Positions 37,963 through 49,310 of a DNA stretch of 64,000 nucleotides are shown in pieces. This DNA is from Anthoceros angustus. Its lineage: Eukaryota > Plantae > Anthocerotophyta. The DNA is taken from the NCBI GenBank assembly GCA_010909165.1, contig VJWM01000234.1:186001-250000 (forward strand), given 5' to 3'. A model generated the notes under the pieces. The model ran no database searches and had not been told where the DNA came from. It was given only the letters and a program-made list of their open reading frames with translations. The first letter of the stretch is position 1; every line of letters starts with the position of its first letter. Made by a program: the position numbers and the translations under genes.

Positions 37963-39419
37963 GTTGATCACCTTATGTTCGAGCAACTCTCTAGCAAGGA
38001 TGCCGAGCGTGCGTGAACAACGTTATCGCCAAGACCGGTCTCCAATGGCTTTTGCTTTGGCCCATTAAGTGCCGGGCGAAGAGTTTCGGGCATGAGCAGT
38101 AAACAGGCACTGCACCGAGAGTCGATCGCATCTCCTAGAGCAAGGGACTGGAGTTGATAGTGACCGTGGAAATAAATCTCCGAAATGATCAACAAGTGGG
38201 AGTGAAGAAGTATGTGAAGTTTATGCGGGGAGCTAGCGCTATCTTGTCCAACTATGTATTCTCAATAATAATCAATAGTACAAAATGTCACTATAAGTGT
38301 TTGTCATACCATGCACCCTTCGACTAAGCAACCCTTCATACATTCGCCCTAATAAATAACCAAAGAAGTGCTTGTAGTAATCCTAACGATAAACCTTGTC
38401 CGTAAGAACCTTAACTCGTCACACTCCCTCTCGAGCGCAACGAGCCACATCGCTAAGTCCTTGTCAGAGCCACAGATCCCCATTAGCCTCGCCATCCACC
38501 GCCATCGAAAGTGCTGGCCAGAGATAACCATGGAGTCTCGCTACCACCCACAATCGCTACTTTCGAACTTGTGCTCTTCGCTGTGATCCAACCATCTGAT
38601 CAAATTGGTCACAATGAGAACCCAGAGCGTTGTAACGCTACGCAGCAAACGGGGCCTTGGGAAGCGTCCGCCAAGGATGGAAATACCAAAGAACCGCTAC
38701 ACTATTCCATCACCGGAGACAGACCGGAGGAACGGATCAACGCTAAGGTGTCATCACCATCGGCCGATTATGACCATCAACCCGATAAAGGATTGGGAGG
38801 GATTGATGCCACTTACCGGATCCCCTGCCGAGGAAATGGAATGTGAAGGGCCGGAGCTACCACGACACCGCTAGATCGACCGACCTTTGAGGGAAGGTCA
38901 AGAGAATGAGCATGTGTTGTCGCAGCCCGTGTGATTAAGTATACAACCGGCTTCATCCACCTGCTGCTAACCTGCTTGAGCTGCTTGGTATTCTGTTGTG
39001 GTACTCACACGCGCACTGCTGCCCGTATCCGGCTGCTGGGGGAGCAAGAGTAGGTGCTTGACTATCAGGGTGTCTCCAAAAGGCAAACTTACGGGAGATG
39101 CTCCTGACTGGGAAGATAGCAACTGCCAACCCAACCCACCAGATAAGTGAATCGTTATCGTCAGCAAAGTCGACTGGAAATCACTTCAACCCTCAAGCCC
39201 TCAATGTGCTGATAATGTTTATGTTTCTAGCAGGCTCTCGCCAATGCTGGCAGTGTTGTCACCGCCTCACAAACCTACTTTTGTCACCGCTCCACAAAGA
39301 TCACGGATGTAATGGTGTTGTATTTCTATTTGTTTGGTTCGGGCGTGAAAACGTGGGTTAGCAACCAAGGCCAGGGCAGACATATTGTCGCATAAAATCA
39401 AGGTTGGTTCCTCTTGCTT

Positions 39420-42400
39420 CTGCCCTAGGTCATGTAGAAACCTCCTTCCCCATTCTGCTTCCTTCGTAGCTTCTGTAAGGGACTTATATTCCGCCTCAGT
39501 GGAGGAAAGTGATATGGATGTTTGCTTTTGTCTTTGCCCAGCTTGATGTACCGCAGTAGGCTAATGTAAAACAGACGTGGACAAAGTTTTATGGAGTCCG
39601 AGTCTGAAGCCCAATCAGCGTCCGTAAACCCGGATAAGATAAGTCTATCCTCGTCACGCTTTGTATACCACCAAAAACATGGTACCCTTCTGGCACGAAT
39701 ATTCGCTTTTATCGCAATCCAATGTGCCTTCCTCGGATTTTCTGTGAATTGAGATCGTGCTACAAAGATATTGTACATCGTGTCTCGGCCCAATTTGCCA
39801 CGAAGATAAGGCTTCCCACAGCCTGCCTGTAGGGAACTCCTTCCATGTTTTGTTTCTCCCGGCACCGAGGACACATCGACTTCATGGAGCTTAACTCCTA
39901 CCGCTGCTGGTGTAGCTCGTCCTCTAACTTGAACCTTCGCAGATCTCATTAATGTATTTGAACGGTATAACCATAAGCTTTTACGTCCACACGAATGATC
40001 GGATCCCTAACCGAGGGCTCCTATGTCCTTCATTTCAAACTTTTGCTTAGCGTGCTTTTCACTTCTAACAACAATGGTTGGCTGTTGGTAGCCGTAATCA
40101 CGCGTCGTCTACATAGTTGCCAAGACCACGTACTCGCTCCTTTGGTAAGCCGATACACGTTGTGTGCCAGGCCGTGCCACGGTTGATGCTAAGAAGGTAG
40201 ATGTGAATCGTGATGTACCATACCCTCCCAGACTGCTTTAGACCATATATACATTTCAGGAGTTTCAAAACCTTGTGTGGGTGCTTCTGATCAACGTATG
40301 CCTTAGGTTGCTGCATATACAGATCCTCATCCAAGTCTCCATACAAGAAGGCCGTGCACACGTCCATCTGCTGGAGGTCTAAGTCATACTCTGTGGCTAG
40401 TGCAAGGATCATCCGAATGGACTGAGCCCTCACAACAGGTGAGAAGGTTTCCTGGTAGTCGAGTCCCTCGACTTGAGTGAAACCTCTCGCCACAAGTCTG
40501 GCTTTGAATCTGGCAACCTCACCCTTGGCATTCAACTTTAATTTAAATACCCACTTACTTGAGATGGGCTTCCTACCATGTGGCAGGTCAACTAGGGTCC
40601 AGGTCCTGTTTTTGATCAATGATTGATATTCATCTTCAACTGCCACACGCCATTGTACAGCTTCTGGACCATTGAATGCCTGTGATAGGGTCTTGGGCTC
40701 ATCTGGTAAGAGGACTGTTGCTGCTGAAGTGGAATGCCTGAAGTCGATTGATTGATATGTGGTTCTACCCACTCTGACCTCGGTGGTCTCATTCGTGTGG
40801 AGCGTTGAGCCTCCTGTACAGGTGGAATAGCAACATCTGGCACGTGCTCCTCATGTGCAGGAGCATCCTGGAAGGCATTTTCATCAAACAGATCTTCACG
40901 CTGGTAATCACCTTGATCAAGAATGAACTGTTCATGTTCTGAATTAACATCCTGCTCCACGGAATCCTGAAGTAACAAATCAGGGTGGTCAGGTTCATGC
41001 AGAACATGGTCATTTGCGGGTGGAGCATCAACGAGTGATGGTGGGGCATCATCAACAGGGCCAGTATCATCTTGGGGATAGTCTACAGGAGGGTCAAGTG
41101 CTGGATCTGGCTCATCCGGATCTGCTAAGTCTTCTACCTCCTCTGAAGAGACAGTCACTCCTTCTGGAACTGGGGTTACTCCCTCTGAAGGTAGGGGCTC
41201 TCCCATAGATGAATGTGGTTCCAAGAAGGTGACACTCCGTGCCAGAACAATGGTATGGCGATGCTTGTCATAAAGTTTATAAGCTTTAACACTCTCGTAT
41301 CCTACGAAAATAAGACCTTGTGCTCTATTGTCTAACTTCCTCCTCTTTTCGGCAGGATATGCGCAAAGCCCGAAGGCGAAATGAAGAATCTGGGCTTACG
41401 CCCAAAGCACCTCATAGGGGGTCCGCCTTTACAGGCCCGGTAAGCACCCTCTGTAAGTGTGGACCACACGCCTCTGCCAGATCCTTGGGGAGTCCCAAAG
41501 CAACATGCTGCGAGTCATGCCGAGTAAAGTTTGATTTTTACGTTCGGCAACTCCATTATGTTGTGGTGTGTAGGGTACTGTCAGCTGACGTTGAATTCCA
41601 GATTGGAGGAGGTAGGCATCAAACTATGCATTGATGAATTCAGTGCCATTCTCAGTTCGAAACCATTTAACAGCCTGTCCAGTTTGCGGCTCAGGGAGCA
41701 TCATGACTGGAAAGTATCACCTTTATGCATGGGAAGGTCCACGAGTATTGACTATAGTCATCGGTAAGAGTAAGGTAATACCGAGAACCTCCAAGCGATG
41801 GCTCATGAATCTTCCAGGTGTCGACATGTATTAGTTCTAACACATGGCGGCCCTATGTGCAGTGTGTTGAAAATGGTCGTTCTTCCGCTTAGCAAGTATA
41901 CAGCTTCACAAATCGGAAGATCCTTGAAACATCTAGGTAAGGGTTCTCGATAACCCTTTGCGTACCATATCAATAAGCTTTGCCCTGTTGGCATGACCAA
42001 GCCTGGCATGCCAAAGGGAAGCTAGCACTTTTGAATCTAGCTGACCTGTTCCTGTTGACAGAGCTGCAGGTTGAAACCTACAATGGATGTCAAGACGGTA
42101 CAGATCACAGTCAGGAATGCCTTTGAACACTAGCTTGTGCGGAACAAAGATAGTCTGGAAAGAGCAGGAAGTCGTGTCTCCAAACATGCTGTAAAGTTTC
42201 AGACTCATCAGCCTGCTCAAGGACATGAGGTTCTTCGCCATTCGTGGAACATACAAAACATCTTCCACTACCAGGTCAGTCTTGTCATGTAACTCGAAAA
42301 TGCATTTACCACGTCCTTCAATTCGAAGGCCTGTCTCACTCTTCTCGTCACCCAACAGCACCTTATCATGGATATGTGAGGTGTCCAGGTACGAGAACAA

Positions 42401-43400
42401 TTCCTTGTCCTTGCATATGTGGGCAGTTGCACCTGAATCCAGGTACCAATTGTCCCTATCATGGAAGGAGTTGGAGAGACATACTGTGTAGATTCTGACT
42501 GTTCCTTTGATGTTCTCTGCAGATGAGGAAGAGTCGTTTGAGCTCTTGTCCCATGTCCTGGTGGATGCCTATGTTCACGCCTTCTTTTTTCTGAGTCTCG
42601 GCTGCGGGTATACCACACCGATTCTGTTTCGTCTTCTTAGGAGTTGAGCTTGATGATCCAGAATCACCTTTGTTCGCCTGGTCAGGCTTGCCCCTCCGCC
42701 TGTTAGGTTTAAACTTGGCCATTAATACTTTGTCTGCCTTCGGCTTAGAGCTGCCGGCAGAGAACATACGGCTGTGCTCCTCCTGATGCAAGGCAGCCAC
42801 CACATCTTCAACTGTGAGGGTGCTTGCGTTCAGTGACCAGCTGTCTTTGCATAAGGTCCATATAATGACAAATCATTGCTGGAGGGATCTGTGCTCATAC
42901 AATGACATGTTCCTCAGCAATCTTGTACTTCAATGAAGCGAGCTGAGCACGCAAGTGGCGGAATTAGTACAGTAAGGACCCACTTTCTCTCCCTCTTTCA
43001 TTCTTAACGTATAATACTCTTGTCTAATAGCGCATTGTTGCATTATATTTGTGACCTGATAGGTCTTTTCTAACTGGTTCCATATCTCTATGCCCTTTGT
43101 GAGATACTCTATATCGTGGACAAGTATGGAATCGATCCATTAACCAAGACTCACAAAGAACTTGGTTATGTGCTTCCCACCTATCCTTATCAGCTTGATT
43201 GCTGTGGATCGGATCGTTCAAATGAACCATGACCACCTCCGAGACACCTCGTGCTATAAGGATGGCCTTGATTCGCACTCTCCATGTGGTACTTAGTACG
43301 TTAAACCGATTCTCTTTCAAGTCCGATGTGAAAGATGGGTTTGATATATTTTGGAGTGATCAGCAACAGGTGATGGGATCATCGAGAAGAACTGGATGAG
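39420..43400 (-). pseudogene. gag-pol: Copia-3 gag-pol
   Basis: TWRVRIKAIL (gag), WYLDSGATAH (PR), LWHARLGH, KWVFKLK, MDVCTAFLYGDL, YVDD (~40105), GFTDADWA (RNase H). Confidence 0.92.
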
Positions 43401-43739
43401 GAGTGGTGATTGATGTCACTATCCTCACTATCGTTGTCATAGAATCTGGACATGCAAACCAGCTAAGTCTCAACCCTAAAACTATGGTTTTGGGAAGACC
43501 AAAGAGTGGTGTGCTGTCAAGCTTAAAACATGCATGTTATCTTAAGTACAGCTAATGCAGACAATACATGATAGGGGATTGAGGTAGTAGGTGGGCACCT
43601 TCCTAATGAACAGCATGCTTCCTCCTTAATCTACCTTCCAAGAGACGTGTCTGTCCTGCAAAATTAACTTAGTGCACTTTCAAACATGAAACGCATTACT
43701 GAGTTCTTTTAGGTTATTAGTCATGTTGCTTGAATGTGG

Positions 43740-44521
43740 CAGATTAGTGAGCCTATCGAATGTGAAGACACGAAAGATGCAAGACGATCGAATTGTGCCC
43801 TTTGAATCTAGAGGAAAAGTCATGGCAATAGGCGGTGGCGCTGTATCTCCTCGCCTCCACCGTGAGCAGGATCATCATAGGATGGTGGCTGCCGGTGGAA
43901 GGAGACTCAGTAAGTATCTCTCTCCAATATGCATTTGATGCGAATCTCTGTAAGGTGTTTCACGTCACGGCTGATCCTTGCTATCTTTTTGTCGAAGCAG
44001 ACTTGCATACGAGCAACGCTGTCCCGTAAAATATGTTGATTTCTTTCAATCTTTCCAAGAGCAGACTCCAAACGATCTTCAGCAATTTCTTTTCCCTTCA
44101 ACCGCCTAATTGTGCAGTCGTAGCCTGGATGGTCCTTGAGACTAAGGGCTGACTGCAAATGGTTATCTGCTGCAGGGACAAAGACTGGGGTCTTGGCAGA
44201 ATTTGTGAAGAGCGAATGCACAGGAATACTGCAGGCATGTGGCTGATAACGCAATCCAGGGTTCTGATTTCTAGTGTAGCACCTAGCACGATACAAGGAG
44301 TCTACTTGAGAATTTTTCTCTTGTAACCTTGCAGAATGTGCTCGTGCACTAGGGGGTCCTGAATTCCTACCAACAAAATGCCTAAGGCACAGTTCAGGGT
44401 AGTTTGCCTCGTAGAGATCTATAACTTCGTCGATAGGAATAGGCCAGTTTGATCTGGGTGTGTGTGCGCCCACTTGTCGCCTTCCTGCCACGATCTCCAC
44501 GGATCTACCCCTGCCCGGCAT
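43740..44521 (-). pseudogene. Copia-3 ORF0-like accessory ORF (43907-44521 open, frameshifted tail)
   Basis: Between PBS and gag; colinear weak motif matches to Copia-1 ORF0 (RNQN.P.L, VF.P...N.L, I....DV..L, C.H, SC..x..F[DN]R). Confidence 0.55.
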
Positions 44522-44771
44522 TATGGATTAGGAGTCGAGCATTTAGCCTCCGATACCATGTGAAGTTTGCGCAGGGAGCTAGCGCTATTTTGTCTCAACT
44601 ATGTATTCTCAATAATAATCATCAATGGTACAAAATGTCACTATAAGTGTTTGTTTTCATGCACCCCTTCGACTAGGCAACCCTTCATACATTCGGCCCT
44701 AATAAATAACCAGCAAGTAAGCGAGTAATCCTAACGATAAACCCTGTCCGTAAGAACCTTAACTCGTCACA

Positions 44772-45014
44772 GTATAGTGTGTTGAGCATTTACGTGAATT
44801 AGGTTGCAATAATCAACATACGTAATCATAAGGGTAGCTGAAAATAAATGTTAGTAAGTACCTGTTCATTAGGGTTGCGCCTCATGGTGAACCGTTATGT
44901 TGTTTTAAGTTCTAGTTTAAGTAATGTCTTTTCATAATAAGCATTTAAGCTTTTTCTTGATATACAATGATATATGTAATTACTAAATGAGTAATTGATC
45001 TACACTTATTCCTC
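44772..45014 (+). repeat. Copia-1 3' LTR (main part; last ~10 nt and right TSD absent)
   Basis: Identical to the 5' LTR except two C/T changes. Confidence 0.95.
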
Positions 45015-45015
45015 A

Positions 45016-47750
45016 CTACAGATGATGTCACGCCGCCTCCTCTCTCCTCATGGACTAGTCGCGATAGATGATACTTGCACGGAGCCTGGAGGATCCATGA
45101 AAGTCTAGAATGATATCCGCCCTTCCATCTTCCTGCTGACCTGTCGCATCCGATCGTCTGAGGACATCTCGGTATGGGGCCATCTTCCCAAGGGCCCAGC
45201 CTCAATCAACATTAGGAGGATACCGTCCTGCGAACTCGGGCCCCTCGCCTTGTTCTTCGAAGACATCTCCTTCTCGTGATTTATCATGCATCGTGGATGA
45301 CCCCACAGGCATTTGTAGAACAATCTTCCAGTCAGAACCATGACAAAATGTTAGGAGGACAGAGAGGAAGAAAGGTGCGAGTTGGAGGCTTCAAAGGTGT
45401 CGACTGCTGTCAGGCTTCTCAAATTGCATTGAGCCTCCTTCGGTTCACATTTCTTCGCTTGAAAGCCATATACGAAAGGAACACCTTGTAATCATCTGGG
45501 TGCAAATTATCAATGCCATAGGTGTCGATGCGTGAGCACTTGCACCTCCGTATGCACCGTGGTCCATGTCCAAACTTGCCCACAATAATCACCCGCCCTT
45601 GGCACGATTAGAGCCCCATTAGCCTTACCCACAATCTCAACAGGGGGTCCAGATTGCCCCATCTTCCCGTGGGCTCACTTGCTTGATTAACAAACCTTCG
45701 TTCTAATGCCAAGTGTTGTTGGCTTGTGTGTCTCCTTGAATTGCATGTCTCCTCATCCATGGCAAATGGATTGGGCCTGGGTGCTCTTCTTGCCCAGTCA
45801 TTCCTCTCTTCTCCGCCGCCTCCATGCGCCGGTGTCATTGCCTTTGGTCAATTGAGAGACCCGCCTTCCTGACACTCGCAATGGGTTAAAAGCAATTGGA
45901 AAGTTCGAGTCAAGTAACACCAACATGCCCTCGAAAAACGCTCACCGGGAGTGGAGATTCGGGCAAGGCATCTCCGTCAGCCGCTTTGGTTTTCTGCCTT
46001 CTTCGCCCTTCCTCCTGATCCTGGGGTTGTCGGCTTCGCTGCTTCCGGGTGTCTTTCTTGCTACGCCTTCCACTCGCCATGTCCTTGCACCCCATCGTTG
46101 TCAATCGTAGAAGGCGCATACACAGGAGCCGTGAGTTGGAGCAAAAGCCAGGTGATTGCCAATTACCACGTTTCATCGACACAGGTATCGCCGGCAAGCC
46201 CTCGGGAAAGGCGCCGCCTCGCGTGAATCGCTTCCGTACCGTGCAGGATGAGGATTAGGCGTTTGCATTGCAAAGAGTTGCGTGCAAGCCGCTGCTGACC
46301 TTGATGGTGGTCAAGGCCGTGGATGCACGCGCTGGCAAATACCGTCGACAAGACTCGAAATTGACTTCACACCGCAAGAAACGCGACGGAGCATGTTGCC
46401 ACCTACTCCCTTTAACCTTGAATAGGTGTGTGGGTACATGGGTCTGTGCGTCGGAGGAAAAGGTACCGTAGGGGCAACAGCCACAAGATGCGACAACAAC
46501 TTGTACCGGTACCGTGGCGGCTAATTGCATTGTCCTGATGGTGTCGATGTGCTGCATACACTTTCGTAGGAGACACGAAATGATGTCTCTTATCAGCCAA
46601 AGCCGCTGAGTGAGACAATGCTGTGAGGAGAAGAATGTTTTGCCAATTCAAAAGAGGCGAGCCGCAGTGTCTCTTTTTTAAAGAAAAGTGACAGTTATCA
46701 TGTGATAAGGCGTACTGATGTAAGAAAACCATCTTGCCGCAAGTTGTGTCTTCCTAATACATTCGCCTGTGATGGTGTTCAAGAGCGAGACCCGTGTTTG
46801 AGGTTCCAGGCTAAGCCAGTGCCTGGCGGGGAGTTATTCCTTCAATCCCTGTTAAAAGCGGATTTGATGTGAATGCCAAATGTAGAGACAAGGTTATCAC
46901 TTACATTATGGCGGGAGAGCCACCAATGCGGTGTTGCTGAAAGCATTTTGCGTCGGTGCTATCTTGCATAGTCGGGTATACCATAGGCCTGCAAGGCATG
47001 ACCGAGTTGAAGAGCAGGTATTGCTTGAACGCACCATGCGGATGGGATGCCGTTTAGATCTCGCTGCAGTGCAATCCTCACACATGCTCTTAAGCTGCGA
47101 TCGCGTGGATGGACTCAACATTTCTTTTCGGTACTTTGGCGTAAAGAAGTTGCCTAACGTTGAAGTGTACAACCTTCCATAGGACACCTTTACAAAACTT
47201 GAGGTTTGGAATCGCATTTCGGAGGGACATGGAACAAGTTGATTTCTTGTTTGTGTCATATGCATATTTCGGGAGGCTATGAATGAAAACTTTAAAGGGT
47301 GAAAATTCGAAAGTCTAATACGGTTTCGACATGCATGGGTGTCTCTATGCACGGGTCAAGTGATACAACATCCGAGATCTCGCATCACTCGGATTGATTA
47401 CAGGTATGCCACTTACGGTAGACTCCGTCATTTCCTACCTAGAACTTGTAATAGGTATCATACTCTTTATGGAGAGCTAACCTTCCAACATAGCCGCCGT
47501 AGATGGAAAGCGTCCCGGAATGCGATGGGTGCCTTTATGAGCCACGTTGGAGCTGTAGAGAATGAAGGCTTACTTTTGACATGCCCTAAGTGTTCCTTAA
47601 GGCGCCTAGCATGCAGTAGCAACAATGTGAAGGCAAACCGCAAGATGTCGGGCGCCCTCATAAACAATTCTTGGTTGGCCTGCATGCCGACCGAGAGTGC
47701 CGACAATGCCGGTAGCGTCATTCGGTTCAGCTTGCATCGCACCGCCCCAC
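45016..47750 (-). pseudogene. Degraded Cys/His-rich coding region, possibly intron-containing and possibly DNA-transposon derived
   Basis: Series of minus-strand ORF fragments (47467-47742, 46906-47352, 46412-46732, 45910-46197); candidate GTAAGT...TTAACAG intron at 46849-46904. Identity not established. Confidence 0.3.
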
Positions 47751-47770
47751 TTCACTATTTACTAAACTAA

Positions 47771-48705
47771 TTAATTAATCTAAAGGTGCTTATGCTAATT
47801 AAGCACTTGATTAGTGTTAATTATTCCCTAATGTGCTTATGTTAATTAAGCATTGATTAGTGTTAATTAAACATGGTTAGTAGCAATAACTAGGTGGATA
47901 AGCTCAAGTAATATGCCTTGGCATATTCTCCTTTGCATATTATAGTGTATTCTTAGGATATTTGGCATATGTCGTTGATGCCACAGTGATATCTTTAGAT
48001 TGAATATGTCACCGATGCTGTGGTCAGGCCTATATATAGACCCTTCCATTGAGGACAAGCCTTTCCATCATAGCTTCGTCCACTCTTAGATATGCAAATG
48101 CAAGAGTGTTTGTGAGGAGGCCAAAGCTATAACTCCGAGAGCGATGTGGCGAGTGTGAGGTATTCATTGTTGTTGTTACCGTGGGAGAGAGTGTGCATTT
48201 GTGCTAGCCACGGCGGCGTGCGAGCTACTCCCTCCGTTGTTACAAGCTGTGTTATGATCTCGCGTGCGTGCTGCACGCCAGATAGGCCGTGTACTTAGGC
48301 TTAGTGGCGATGCTAGGGCGATGTTACAAGGCGGGTCTTGCCAGGCTTATGCTAGGGGGCGATGCTAGGCGATGCTAGGTGGACGCTAGGTGATGCTAAA
48401 GCTTTTACCAGTAGGCAATGCTAAGGCGACAAGAATGGTGGGCCGTGCTAGGCACGTGCTAGGCTGAGGCGATTAGCTCTCAAGGCAAGTAGGCAAGGGA
48501 CTCTCTAAAGTGTGCCCCAAGGCTTGAGGCCCAGAGAGGGACCAAGCCCAAGGCCATGAGAGGGAGGCGAAGAAGCCCAAGTCCAAGGCCAAGGAGAGGG
48601 AGGCGAAGAAGCCCAAGTCCAAGGCTGGCTGAGAGGAGGCGATGAAGCCCAAGTCTAAGCGCCAAGGAGAGGAGGCGTAAGGAGCCTCCAAGGCCAAGGA
48701 GAGGA
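47771..48705 (+). repeat. LTR-like repeat B, copy 2
   Basis: Colinear with 13714-14615, including TATATATAG-acccttccattgagg. Confidence 0.75.
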
Positions 48706-48789
48706 TGCCAAGAATACCATCCTGACTGGGATCGATCTCGCCTCAAGTATGCTTTAATCATGAGTTTTGAAGGTACAGCTACAGGGCGA

Positions 48790-49310
48790 GTGAGAGCGGC
48801 GGGAAGCGTAGGGCTGCCAAGAGGCTAGCCATGAGGCGAGCGCCAGGGCGGTAGGGCGAGGGCGAAGTGAGGGGCGAGGAAGGAGGGCGAGTGCCGAGGG
48901 CGGCAGCTGTAGGATGCAGTAGCGAGGGCGGTGGGCGAGCGGGCGAGCTGGCGAGCGGCGTAGGGCGGAAGTAGGGCGAGGGCGCAGGGCGAAAAGCATG
49001 CTTAGGGCGTAGGGGCGTAGGGCGTAGGGCCAGGGCGAGCAGCTGCCAGAGCGGCTTAGGGCGAAGGAAGGGCGAAAGGCGAAGGGCGAAAGGCGCAGGG
49101 CGAGCGGGCGAAGGCAAGTAGGGCGAGCGAGGGCGGTAGGCGAAGCGGCGAGGGGCGCGTAGCGGCGAGCGGCGTAGGGCGGAAGGGCGAAGGGCTAGGG
49201 CGAAAAGCGGGCGAGGGCGAGCGGCGCGTAGGGCGGCGGAGAAAGTGGGGCGGGCGAAGCAGGGCGAAGTAGCGGCGAGGGCGAAGGAAGCGGCGCGTGG
49301 TGTGGTGGAA
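48790..49310 (+). repeat. Degenerate (AGGGCG)n array with G-quadruplex-forming potential
   Basis: Dozens of agggcg/tagggcg units; GGGcgtaGGGGcgtaGGGcgtaGGGccaGGG at 49005-49035. Confidence 0.8.

Larger units (their letters stand above)
38213..44771 (-). mobile_element. Copia-3: Ty1/copia element inserted into the Copia-1 3' LTR
   Basis: LTRs 38213-38423 and 44559-44771 (TG..CA); PBS revcomp gcctccgatacca 44546-44558; PPT revcomp ctccctctcg 38424-38433. The flanks rejoin into the Copia-1 LTR start (TSD AAGTA on the left, imperfect on the right). Confidence 0.93.
24836..45014 (+). mobile_element. Copia-1: Ty1/copia LTR retrotransposon hosting Copia-2 and Copia-3
   Basis: 5' LTR 24836-25095, PBS, ORF0, gag-PR-IN-RT-RH (26354-26364 + 33047-37170), PPT aagtgggag 38194-38202, 3' LTR split as 38203-38212 + 44772-45014. 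LTRs differ at only 2 positions over the aligned part. Confidence 0.95.

Noticed and set aside
45014-45021. CACTACAG as a CACTA transposon terminus right after the Copia-1 3' LTR
   Set aside because: No matching inverted end, no 3-bp TSD partner and no Tnp2 motifs downstream; better explained as a deletion junction with the interrupted minus-strand locus.
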